From positions 24,686-88,685 of the forward strand of contig JAZTXP010000013.1 of assembly GCA_045636465.1 (NCBI GenBank): a stretch of DNA of 64,000 bases, given 5' to 3'. The translations under genes were made by a program, and so were the position numbers. Positions 9,918 to 18,753 of the stretch are shown one piece after another. The notes beneath the pieces are model-generated. The model was not told the origin of the DNA. It was given only the letters and a program-made list of their open reading frames with translations, and searched no databases. Origin of the DNA: Eubacteriales bacterium. Lineage in GTDB: Bacteria; Bacillota; Clostridia; Oscillospirales; CAG-272. Positions within the stretch are counted from its first letter, which is position 1; each line of letters begins with the position of its first letter.

Positions 9918-11462
9918 TTACTGAGCGATGAGCTCGATCTTTGCAGACTGCTCACCAAGAATGGTAAGACGAACAACGTATGTACCTGTTACGTCAACTA
10001 CACAGTTCTTTTCAGCGTTGAATTCGCCGTTAGCGCCGAAGTTAACAGTCCAGGAAGCACCCTGACGGCACTTGAATTCTTCACCCTGGTTGAGTTCAAG
10101 AGGAGCGGACTCGAATACGCCGGGAGCTACTTCTGTCATGCTGATATCTGTATCCCAGTTAGTACCGCAGATGTTACCGATAACAGACCAAGCTGCAAGC
10201 TCTTCGGGAGTCTTCTCGAAGATAGCGTCGATTGTATCTGTGTATGTGTCAAGAGAAGCCTGAAGATCTGCATCAGTCTTAGCGTTCTTTGCGTCTGCGC
10301 CAAGAACCTTAGCGATATCCCACCAAGAGCCCTCGATCTGGCCCTGAGGTCTACCGTAAGCGCCCTGAAGTGCAAGAGCTGCAAGAGACTTGTTAGCCTG
10401 AACCTCGGGAGACTGCTGAGCTGCCTTGTTAGAGGGACCCCACTGATACTCGTTGTATCTAGCCATCTGGCACTCTTCGTTAGTGAGCCACTGAGCAAGG
10501 AGGTGAAGAACTGCATTCTTCTTGGAATCTGTCTGAGGCTTAACACCCATAAGCTTGTTACCTGTGAAGGAACCAAGGTGGTAAGACTGACCGTCAACTG
10601 TGAAGGAAGGAAGATCTGTAGCACCAAGGTTTGCGCCGAAGTGCTCTGCAGCTGCGTTAGCATTCCAGATACCTGTTACGATAGCGCCAGCGTTGGTGAA
10701 GATATCAGCGTTGGAGTCGTAGCAAGAGGACTGAGCGAGCTTCTGCATACCCTTCATAGCAACGAGACCCTCGGGAGAGTTGAAGGTATCGTTTACGGAA
10801 GTGAACTTACCGGTCTCATCCATTGTCCACTCGGAAACGCAACCTGTTGCGAAGAAGAAGGAAGCGGTGTACCAAGCGTTCTCGAGAGCGTAACGGAAGG
10901 TCTTGCCGTTTGCTTCGCAAGCAGCGATGATGTCTTCCATGCTTTCGGGATTGGTGATGATGCTGGTATCATAGTAGAGATAGTAGCCGTTGTCGGAAGT
11001 CATAGGATAAGCGTAGAGCTGACCTGCAACTGTACCTGCAGCAACGGAACCTGCATCGTTGTTAGCCTTAACTGTGTTAGCAGCAGCTTCACCGAGAGGT
11101 GCAAGAGCGGAAGCCTGTACAAGACGAGCGAGCTGGTCCTGTGCGAAGCAGTAGATGTCGGGAGCGGATGCAACGTCGGTAAGAACCTGACCTGCAGCGT
11201 TAGCCTCGGAAACGCCCTCGATGGAAGCGTTGATTACGATACCGGGGTTAGCAGCCTCGAAAGCATCGATCTGCTGAGCTGTGAGATCAGCAACGCCTGC
11301 GATCTCGGAAACCCAAAGGGTTACGTCGTATGTACCTGCGAGCTCGTTGTCGCCACCGTTGTCAGGACCATCGCCAAAGATATCCTTAAGCCAGTCACAG
11401 GATGTCATGCTGAAGAGCATAACAACAACGAGAATAAGGGAAAAAATCTTACTCATTTTCAT
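9918..11462 (-). CDS. Extracellular solute-binding lipoprotein (CUT1 family, MalE/GanS-like) with an extra C-terminal beta-rich module
   Basis: 514 aa. Lipobox LFSMTSC. The body resembles family-1 sugar SBPs. The last ~95 aa (WSVIGNICGTNWDTD...GEEFKCRQGASWTVNFG...) form an additional aromatic-rich module. Confidence 0.9.
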   Translation of the reverse strand: MKMSKIFSLILVVVMLFSMTSCDWLKDIFGDGPDNGGDNELAGTYDVTLWVSEIAGVADLTAQQIDAFEAANPGIVINASIEGVSEANAAGQVLTDVASAPDIYCFAQDQLARLVQASALAPLGEAAANTVKANNDAGSVAAGTVAGQLYAYPMTSDNGYYLYYDTSIITNPESMEDIIAACEANGKTFRYALENAWYTASFFFATGCVSEWTMDETGKFTSVNDTFNSPEGLVAMKGMQKLAQSSCYDSNADIFTNAGAIVTGIWNANAAAEHFGANLGATDLPSFTVDGQSYHLGSFTGNKLMGVKPQTDSKKNAVLHLLAQWLTNEECQMARYNEYQWGPSNKAAQQSPEVQANKSLAALALQGAYGRPQGQIEGSWWDIAKVLGADAKNAKTDADLQASLDTYTDTIDAIFEKTPEELAAWSVIGNICGTNWDTDISMTEVAPGVFESAPLELNQGEEFKCRQGASWTVNFGANGEFNAEKNCVVDVTGTYVVRLTILGEQSAKIELIAQ

Positions 11463-11514
11463 TTTGAGTAATCCTCCTATAAAAAAATTTTATTTACGCT
11501 TATTGCGCGTATAG

Positions 11515-11543
11515 TATTATAACACCATTAGTCAATTTTGTCA
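11515..11543 (-). promoter_or_regulatory. Consensus sigma-A promoter for the ABC importer operon
   Basis: On the minus strand: TTGACA (11543-11538), 17-nt spacer, TATAAT (11520-11515). AGGAGG RBS before the ATG at 11462. Confidence 0.65.
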
Positions 11544-11671
11544 ATAAGAATAAGCTTAAATTCTTCATTTTCGGCGTTTTGTACAAACTGCCCTAACATT
11601 TTTTTAACATATTGACAAGTGTTTTTTTACCTGCTTTTACGTTTTAATGAATTTTTATGCGTTTTCGTTAA

Positions 11672-12766
11672 TTATTTGAATTCATCGAAGGCAGGAAGCC
11701 TTCTTCCCTCATAGTCGAAAAGGCACTGATTTGCCCACTCGTTATGGGTGGATTTCCCTTCCTCGTGAATATATCTCTGCCCTGCCTCGGACGCCCAGCA
11801 TATTCCCTCTCCGGGAAGCCAGATAGGCTCCCAGTAAAATACGCCGTCAATGCTCTCCTCACGAGCGCGTTTCATAATATAATGTATGAAATCTCGCTGT
11901 CCCTCGGGGGTCATGGGATAAACGTCGGTGAAGCCGGGAACACGGGAGAGAGATTCGTCAACCACAAGGCGGCATTCCTTTCCTTTAAGGAAGTATCCCT
12001 CGGTGGTAAAGCCGTATCCAAGCTCAGCTATCATAATCTCCTTGCCGAAGCGGCGGCAGGCGCGAAGGTTATCGAAAAGCTCCTCGGGGAGTCCGTGCCA
12101 GAAGGGATAATAGGATGCGCCGATAACGTCAAAATCAACGCCCGCGCGTTCCATTTCCGAGAAGAACTCCTGATAAACCTCTTTATCGTTGCTTCTCTCA
12201 AGGTGGAGCATTATTTTTGCCTCGGGAAGAAGCTCTCGGCAGGCTCTCGCTCCTGCGGAAAGAAGCTTCGTTAAGTTCTCGTAGTTACCTCTCTTACCGT
12301 CCACCTCCAGCTTTCCTACCGGCCAGAGAATGCCGTTGGTGATCTCATTTCCCACCTGGATCATCTCAGGAGCGACTCCCTCTCGGATAGCCGTCTCAAG
12401 ACACCCACGGGTGAAGCCGTATACCGCATCCACAAGCTCGTCAAGGCTGTAATCTGCCCAGGCCTTGGGAATGAACTGCTTGCCGGGGTCTGCCCAGAAA
12501 TCGGAATAATGGAGATCCATATAAAGGTGGTAACCTTTAGCTTTAGCTAACTTACCGAGTTTTACGTAATTTTCAATGTCGGCAGTACCGGCAAGATAGG
12601 GCTCGCCCTCGGGACTGTAGGGGTTGTTCCACACCCTGATTCGCATATAATTTACTCCGTTTGCCACAAAGGCATCAAGGGGATCTATCTCGGATGAGCC
12701 GTCGTAGTATTTTGCGCCGTTTTCCAGCTCCTCAAGATAGGTAGATGCGTCAATTCCAAGTATCAT
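11672..12766 (-). CDS. Arabinogalactan endo-beta-1,4-galactanase family protein (GH53), cytoplasmic (no signal peptide)
   Basis: 364 aa with GH53 signatures (VNYMRIRVWNNP, LHYSDFWADPGKQ, VGNEITNG, AELGY). Starts directly with MILGIDAS and has no leader peptide. Confidence 0.85.
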   Translation of the reverse strand: MILGIDASTYLEELENGAKYYDGSSEIDPLDAFVANGVNYMRIRVWNNPYSPEGEPYLAGTADIENYVKLGKLAKAKGYHLYMDLHYSDFWADPGKQFIPKAWADYSLDELVDAVYGFTRGCLETAIREGVAPEMIQVGNEITNGILWPVGKLEVDGKRGNYENLTKLLSAGARACRELLPEAKIMLHLERSNDKEVYQEFFSEMERAGVDFDVIGASYYPFWHGLPEELFDNLRACRRFGKEIMIAELGYGFTTEGYFLKGKECRLVVDESLSRVPGFTDVYPMTPEGQRDFIHYIMKRAREESIDGVFYWEPIWLPGEGICWASEAGQRYIHEEGKSTHNEWANQCLFDYEGRRLPAFDEFK

Positions 12767-13023
12767 TGCTCGCCTCTCCTGTGAGGTATGAATTTCGGAG
12801 GCTCGTTATCCTCTCCAAAGTCAACCACGCGCATCTTCATTGCGCGGTAGCGGTATCTTGCCGCCTCGTTAAGACGGAGAACGTCCTCTTCTTTGCCTGT
12901 AAATCCGCAACGGAGACAGTAATACTCGCTCTTCTCGCCGTCAAAGAACATATCGATATCGATATCTCTCATAAAGCATGAGGGACATCTGAAGTTTAAT
13001 TTACCTTTTGAAGCCTGAGCCAT
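12763..13023 (-). CDS. Small CxxC...CxxC zinc-ribbon protein, function unknown
   Basis: 86 aa containing CPSC and CLRC pairs. Strong RBS GAAGGAGGAG 7 nt upstream of the ATG at 13023. Start lies inside the end of the 601-aa gene, and the stop overlaps the GH53 start (ATGA). Confidence 0.6.
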   Translation of the reverse strand: MAQASKGKLNFRCPSCFMRDIDIDMFFDGEKSEYYCLRCGFTGKEEDVLRLNEAARYRYRAMKMRVVDFGEDNEPPKFIPHRRGEQ

Positions 13024-14801
13024 GTCTTTACTCCTCCTTCGCTGATAGTTTTCTTTGTAGCAAGGTGGTATACGGGGGAGAAGGCTATTCCCTCCTCCAC
13101 CAAAGCCTCGTCGTTATCGCCGCCCATTTCAACCACCGTCATAACCTCGGGGATCTCAACGTAGGCGCGGCTTGCGTTTTTGCCCACAATCTTCTTTCCG
13201 TGGTAGGAGAAGGGCATACTCTCGCCGTCAACGCCGAGGGTGATATTAGTCATATCTGCCTGATACTCGGTAGTGCCGAAGCCGCCGGTGAAGTATTCCT
13301 CAAAGGTTACAGACTCGCCACCGAGGTCATTCTTTATGATACGCTCGGTGATAACCTCGCCCTTACCATCATAGATGGTAAATCTAGACTCAACCACAAC
13401 TTCGAGACCGCCGAGATCAAGGGTTACGGGGTTAGTGATGATACGCACGCCGCCCTCTATTCTCTCAAAGCGAGCCATAGTTCTTGTAAGGCAAAGATCG
13501 GCGCTGACGCCTCTTGCGCTTACCTTGCAGGACTTGATAGTACCTGCTCCCGCATAGTGGGTGAAGTAGCCCGCGCGGTAGTTGATCTGAATAAGGTAGG
13601 GGTGGGATGCATCGTAAACGTTATCTGTGCCGATGCCGGTTTTCTGAGGAATTCTCGCAATATAGGGGCGAAGGTCGATCATCGCGCCGCCCTGATTGAA
13701 GTCGAAGCAGGTTCTCATAGCAGGGTCTGCATACCAGAAATACTCCTTCTCGCTTCCGTAAAGGATGTCCTTCCACATAGCGCACTCGCCGCGGGAGTAA
13801 TCCTTGTGGCAGGAGCGATAGAAATCGGCAAACTCGCTCATAGTCATATCAATGAGCTTGCCCTCCTGCTTCAATTTACCGTAATACTTCATTCCGTCGT
13901 CGTAGGACTTGGCAAGAAGCTCGTAAGGAGCCTCCCAGCGGCCGCGCTTATTAAGCCAGCCCGGACCTACGAACATCATATTGTAGCTGTATCCGTCGTT
14001 GTACTTGCCAAGATGGCGGTACTGGTCAACGAGATTGTAAAGATAGGGATATTCAAATTCGCCCTCGTCGTTATAGTAAATCATACCGCGGAGAACGTTC
14101 TGAGGATGAGTTCCAAAGTTAGAGCCGTTTCCGTCAAAGCAAGCCATAAGGTCACGGGAAAGATGAGGAATTGCAACAATGCCGGAGTCATCGTCAGCAT
14201 CGGATGCGGGGCAATGGGAATTTACCTTAGAGGGAATCCAAGGATTCCAAGGGCCGCCGTCCATAAAGGTATACCAAGAGTTATTGCAGGTATGGAAGGC
14301 CTTGGGACCCTCCTCCCAACAAGTAGCTACCGCGCACTTTACGGATGGGTATTTTTCCTTGATATAGTTGATGGTATAAGCATCAAGGAAATAGGAGCTT
14401 GTGGACTCGGGATAGAAGCCGAATTTCTCATAGAATTTACCGAAAACGTCATCGATAATTTCTGTCTTTGTAGCCTCGTCAAACATCCAGATGCAGAAGT
14501 CCTCTGTCTTATACTTCGCTCTGAACTCGGGACAAGGAAGGCCGAGAAGGGAAAGTCCTATCTCGTCTCCGTACTTCTCATGCTCCTCCTTTGCAAGGTC
14601 GATGATCACATCGGAGAAAAGGGATGCGTAAGTGATCTGAATAGTGGTCTTAAGACCGTATTTATGGGCAGTGTCCTGCTGGAAGCGGAAGATGTCAAGA
14701 GACTCATCTCTCACGCCCTTCGCCCCGCCGAGGGCCTTCTCCGCGTACTCGGGAGAAAGCTCGGGGCGATGAATAATATTTACAACAAATTTGTTATTCA
14801 T
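12996..14801 (-). CDS. Uncharacterised 601-aa cytoplasmic protein in the glycan locus (candidate novel glycoside hydrolase or accessory enzyme)
   Basis: Long ORF with coding-like composition, no signal peptide, embedded between GH13 and GH53 genes. I cannot assign a family by eye. Confidence 0.7.
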   Translation of the reverse strand: MNNKFVVNIIHRPELSPEYAEKALGGAKGVRDESLDIFRFQQDTAHKYGLKTTIQITYASLFSDVIIDLAKEEHEKYGDEIGLSLLGLPCPEFRAKYKTEDFCIWMFDEATKTEIIDDVFGKFYEKFGFYPESTSSYFLDAYTINYIKEKYPSVKCAVATCWEEGPKAFHTCNNSWYTFMDGGPWNPWIPSKVNSHCPASDADDDSGIVAIPHLSRDLMACFDGNGSNFGTHPQNVLRGMIYYNDEGEFEYPYLYNLVDQYRHLGKYNDGYSYNMMFVGPGWLNKRGRWEAPYELLAKSYDDGMKYYGKLKQEGKLIDMTMSEFADFYRSCHKDYSRGECAMWKDILYGSEKEYFWYADPAMRTCFDFNQGGAMIDLRPYIARIPQKTGIGTDNVYDASHPYLIQINYRAGYFTHYAGAGTIKSCKVSARGVSADLCLTRTMARFERIEGGVRIITNPVTLDLGGLEVVVESRFTIYDGKGEVITERIIKNDLGGESVTFEEYFTGGFGTTEYQADMTNITLGVDGESMPFSYHGKKIVGKNASRAYVEIPEVMTVVEMGGDNDEALVEEGIAFSPVYHLATKKTISEGGVKTWLRLQKVN

Positions 14802-14852
14802 ATTTTGATATATCTTCGTTTTTTTGTGGTTATTTGTGAAGTTTGGTTTACA

Positions 14853-16475
14853 TTATTTAAGGATTACAGTTGTATAAGCAGGAACAGTGATAAGGTTGCC
14901 GTTAAGAGACGCTTTACCTGTTCCTACGTAATCGCAAAGCTCGTTAATACCCTTTCCGTCAAGAGCCTTGCATCTTGTCAGATCGTATGTAAGCTCAGAG
15001 CCTGAGGTATTGTGGATGATAACAAGGTACTCGCCGTTGTACTCAACGAGGAAGCCGCCGAGCTTGGTGTTTCCGCAGCTGATCGCGGTGTAATCACCTC
15101 TTGCGATAGCAGGATACTTATGTCTGATAGCGAGAACCTTTACGTAATGGCTGTAGACGCTGTTTTCGTCAGCAACCTGATCCGCAGCAGTGGTCTTGAT
15201 CTGCTTATCGGGGGAATATGTAGTTCCAACGGGGTTTTTGGGGGTATATTCGCTTCCCCAGAGCATTGCAAGTCTGCGGTTTGCGTCGGTAGCTTCGCTG
15301 CCTCTGGAGCCTCTCATGCCAAGCTCCTCGCCGTAATATATAACGGGAGTACCGGGAGCAAGGAGATAAAGGCTTGCTGCCATCTTGGTCATATTTTCAT
15401 GGATGAAGGCACCGCCGATTCTATCCTGGTCGTGGTTAGACAGGAAGAGAGAAACCATAGCGTCGGGATTCTTGGACTCTACCATATTCTGATAGTTTGC
15501 GATATATGCCGCATAACTGTACACATTTTCAATACCCTTTGCAGTGTTAGCAATCTTATTTGCGCCGCCTGCTGTAGTGAAGTTAAAGCAGTTCATCGCG
15601 CCGTAATACTGAACGACCTCGTTATCAGCGGACCAGCATTCGCCTATGGCATAAACGTCGGGCTTATATTTGCGAAGCTCTTCCATATACCACTCCCAGA
15701 ATGCAACCGATCTTGTGGTATCGCCATAGTAAATGTATTTGATAGCGTCGAAGCGGAAGCCGTCAACACCCAGGTCGAGATAATACTTTGCAACGTTGAG
15801 CATTTCCTCTCTTACCTCGGGGTTATCGTAGTTAAGCTCAGGCATATCGCTGGTGAAATTACATTCGTAGTACCAATCAACACCTGCTATCTTTTGATAT
15901 TCACGGCCGTTTGGCTGGGTTGATCCTGTGGCGCAGGAATAATAATCGTAATATTTATTTGTGGTATCCCCGTCCGTACGTGCCTGCTTGAACTGAAGGA
16001 ACCATTCGTGCTGGTTAGAGGTGTGGTTGATAGCAAGGTCAAGTATAAGCTTAACGTTACGGGAGTGGCAAAGGTTTACGAGCTCAACGAGATCCTTTTC
16101 CTCGCCGAAGCGCCAGTCAAGCTTGTAATAGTCCTTCGCGTCATACTTATGATAGGAAGGAGACGTGAAGATGGGAGAGAGCCAGATGCCCTGCACGCCA
16201 AGGTCATTGCCGGAGTTGATGTCTCCGTCGTTGAGATAATCGAAGTTATCAATGATGCCGCGGATGTCGCCGAAGCCATCCTTATTAGCATCTGCAAAGG
16301 AGCCAACGAAGATCTGATAGAAGGTTCTGTAGTTATCTGCAATAGGATCTACCATAGGAGGCTCCTTATCCCCTCCCAAGATCTTGTCAAGAAGCTCACA
16401 GGAGGTAAGAGTGGTAAGCGATACGCCGAGAAGCATTACCGCCACAAGAAGGAATGATACAATTCTTTTAGTCAT
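14853..16475 (-). CDS. Alpha-amylase family (GH13) lipoprotein
   Basis: 540 aa. Lipobox LTTLTSC. GH13 regions DLAINHTS, GVDGFRFDAIKY, AIGECW and FLSNHDQDR. Confidence 0.9.
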   Translation of the reverse strand: MTKRIVSFLLVAVMLLGVSLTTLTSCELLDKILGGDKEPPMVDPIADNYRTFYQIFVGSFADANKDGFGDIRGIIDNFDYLNDGDINSGNDLGVQGIWLSPIFTSPSYHKYDAKDYYKLDWRFGEEKDLVELVNLCHSRNVKLILDLAINHTSNQHEWFLQFKQARTDGDTTNKYYDYYSCATGSTQPNGREYQKIAGVDWYYECNFTSDMPELNYDNPEVREEMLNVAKYYLDLGVDGFRFDAIKYIYYGDTTRSVAFWEWYMEELRKYKPDVYAIGECWSADNEVVQYYGAMNCFNFTTAGGANKIANTAKGIENVYSYAAYIANYQNMVESKNPDAMVSLFLSNHDQDRIGGAFIHENMTKMAASLYLLAPGTPVIYYGEELGMRGSRGSEATDANRRLAMLWGSEYTPKNPVGTTYSPDKQIKTTAADQVADENSVYSHYVKVLAIRHKYPAIARGDYTAISCGNTKLGGFLVEYNGEYLVIIHNTSGSELTYDLTRCKALDGKGINELCDYVGTGKASLNGNLITVPAYTTVILK

Positions 16476-16497
16476 TTGTTTTCACCTTTTTAAAATT

Positions 16498-18504
16498 TTA
16501 TTTTACGGAGTTAAGCATAGCGTCGTCAATCTTGCCCCAAGCGCCGTTTCCTGCGCCCTCGCACTTGACGTAAATACCAACAGTAAGAACGTCGCCCTCG
16601 GCAACGGTAATGTTAGAAATAGTCGCTGTGTGCCACTCATTGTAAACAGTTATTGTCAAATCTGCGGTTTCTACCACCTCTCCGTTGATCTTAACGTAGG
16701 AGTAGATCTCTGTTGCGCCGCCGTCGCCACCCATAATGGAGATGGTGTAATTATAGAGACCGGCCTTAAGATTTTCAACGGTCTGCTCAAGCTCAAACTC
16801 AACGGCTCCCGAGCCCCAGAAGTGATAATGGCGATTGCCCGTGATAGAGTCGGTGATCTTATCCTCAACGTAAAGCTCGTCGAAGGTCTTGATAGCATTT
16901 ACTGTCCAACCGTCACCGAGAGGATCATCCTCAAAGCTCCAGTTCTTAAGGAAGTTGTATTCAACCATAGAAACGTAGCAGGTAGCCTCCATACCGCCTG
17001 CAACACCCTTGATGGTATACTTAGCGGGGCCGTTACCCTTCATAGCTGCCTCGTCGTAGGACTCCCATACAACGGGAACTGCCTGCTTGGAGTTATCAAG
17101 CATAACCGCATTAACTGTCTCGGGAAGTACGATATCGCCGTTAAGGTCGACGATGAGGGTCACGTCCTCGATAGCGTCAGGCTTATTCTCTACAACGTTT
17201 CCGTTTTTCATAAGAGAGAATACCTTAAGCGATTCGATAGCCTCGCCCTTTTCATTGAAGAACGCCTGGTTTTCTACCGCGCATCCGCCGTAATACTTAC
17301 CTGCATCGCCGGGATCGTATTCACTGGCATAGGAGGATGCCCAGCCCGAGCCGTACTTTTCCCACTTCGCAGAGTTCTCTTCCCAGCTGGTAGTACCAAC
17401 GGAGATCCAAGTACCTTCCCAATAGAAGATACCGATACAGTCGGTCATGCCGTTAACGCAAGCATCAACAACATTGCGAACAAGATTTGACTGACCCTGA
17501 ACGGTGTAAGGATAATCCTTTGTAACAACGCTTCCATCGCCGATGGTGTTGCCGTTGAAGTCGGTATCAGCGGAGGTATAAGCATAGGAAACCTCTGCAA
17601 CCATTACCTTTTTACCGTAGTTCTTGGTTATATCGTTAAGAACGGTTGTAAGGTTCTCAAGAGTGCCGTGCCAATAGGGATAATAAGAGGAAGCAAATAC
17701 GTCGTAGTCAACCTGCTGAGCTGCAAGATAGTAGGCGTAGTTCTTATAATTGGTAACCTTTTCGGGGTTAGCGAAGTGAACTGCAACAAGGGCGTGAGGG
17801 AATACCTCTCTTGTAGCCTTGGAGCCTGCGTTCATAAGCTTCGCGATATTTGCCCAGGACTTTTCACCGCACATATAATTGTTAGTCTCGTTACCAATCT
17901 GAACCATACCTACGTCAACGCCCGCCTCGGAAAGCTTCTCAAGGCATTCCTTGGTGTAGTTATAGAGAGCCTCTGCCTTCTCGTCAACACTCATGCCCAC
18001 CCAAGCCTTGGGAACCATCTGCTTTGCAGGGTCAGCCCAGAAGTCGGAGTAATGGAAGTTTACAAGAAGCTTAAGGCCGTACTCTGTAGCGCGCTTACCG
18101 ACTGCAATAGCATTCTCGATATCGCAGTTACCGCCGCCGTAGCCGTTGCCCTTGGCATCGAAGGGATCGTTCCAAACGCGAACGCGTATGTAGTTGATGC
18201 CATTCTCGGAAAGGATCTCGTAAACGTCCTTTTCTGTGCCATCATAGTCGTAGTACTTTACGCCGCTGGCTTCAAGGGAGGGAACGCAGGATGCATCCAT
18301 ACCCATAATGAAATTGTCGGAAAGGTTGTCAACCTTTTTAACGTAAAGCGAATCTGACGTTACGTTGGTTTCGATAGCGTTAGGCTCCCAAGTAGGCTCA
18401 TCGCCTCCAAGGATATCGCGGAAGAAATCTTCACAGGAGGTCAAGCTGAAGAGCATCGACACGATAACCGCAAGCAAAATCGCTTTTGTTCTGAATTTTT
18501 TCAT
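16498..18504 (-). CDS. Extracellular arabinogalactan endo-beta-1,4-galactanase (GH53) lipoprotein with C-terminal Ig-like and CBM-like domains
   Basis: 668 aa. Lipobox FSLTSC. GH53 motifs (INYIRVRVWNDP, FHYSDFWADPAKQ, IGNETNN, AEVSY). Followed by a Big-like segment (VPVVWESYD...YTIKG) and a jelly-roll-like C-terminus. Confidence 0.9.
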   Translation of the reverse strand: MKKFRTKAILLAVIVSMLFSLTSCEDFFRDILGGDEPTWEPNAIETNVTSDSLYVKKVDNLSDNFIMGMDASCVPSLEASGVKYYDYDGTEKDVYEILSENGINYIRVRVWNDPFDAKGNGYGGGNCDIENAIAVGKRATEYGLKLLVNFHYSDFWADPAKQMVPKAWVGMSVDEKAEALYNYTKECLEKLSEAGVDVGMVQIGNETNNYMCGEKSWANIAKLMNAGSKATREVFPHALVAVHFANPEKVTNYKNYAYYLAAQQVDYDVFASSYYPYWHGTLENLTTVLNDITKNYGKKVMVAEVSYAYTSADTDFNGNTIGDGSVVTKDYPYTVQGQSNLVRNVVDACVNGMTDCIGIFYWEGTWISVGTTSWEENSAKWEKYGSGWASSYASEYDPGDAGKYYGGCAVENQAFFNEKGEAIESLKVFSLMKNGNVVENKPDAIEDVTLIVDLNGDIVLPETVNAVMLDNSKQAVPVVWESYDEAAMKGNGPAKYTIKGVAGGMEATCYVSMVEYNFLKNWSFEDDPLGDGWTVNAIKTFDELYVEDKITDSITGNRHYHFWGSGAVEFELEQTVENLKAGLYNYTISIMGGDGGATEIYSYVKINGEVVETADLTITVYNEWHTATISNITVAEGDVLTVGIYVKCEGAGNGAWGKIDDAMLNSVK

Positions 18505-18601
18505 TAAATTCTCCTTCTGCCGCTCTATGACGGCGTTTTATTTTGTGCTAGGTTATAATATACGCACCCAGCGCGCCTATGGGCGCATTAGGTCAATATA
18601 A

Positions 18602-18632
18602 ATTATAACACTTTTACTTGAAAAATTCAAGT
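18602..18632 (-). promoter_or_regulatory. Promoter of the GH53/GH13 operon with an overlapping 17-bp perfect palindrome
   Basis: On the minus strand: TTGAAT (18630-18625), 17-nt spacer, TATAAT (18607-18602). The palindrome ACTTGAA-AAA-TTCAAGT (18616-18632) overlaps the -35 element. Confidence 0.55.
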
Positions 18633-18753
18633 TCGCATAATCTACAAAAATATCCCCCCTTTTTTGGTTATTATAACTACAGGGGTATTGTTTTTCCGAA
18701 ATTTCTGTGATATAATGAAGAAAAATCAAGCTTTGGAAGGGGGAAAAGAAAAA

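Noticed and set aside
13008-15005. A 665-codon + strand ORF. Similar long antisense ORFs occur at 968-2062, 5958-7265, 8354-9667, 24744-25997, 40006-40998, 51698-52555 and 58511-59737.
   Set aside because: Each lies antisense to a confidently identified gene (601-aa protein/GH13, glgB, ABC ATPase, MalF-like permease, hppA, OppD-like, repeat protein, GPH transporter). Their compositions are atypical and they lack start-site signals. They reflect codon bias and are not overlapping genes.
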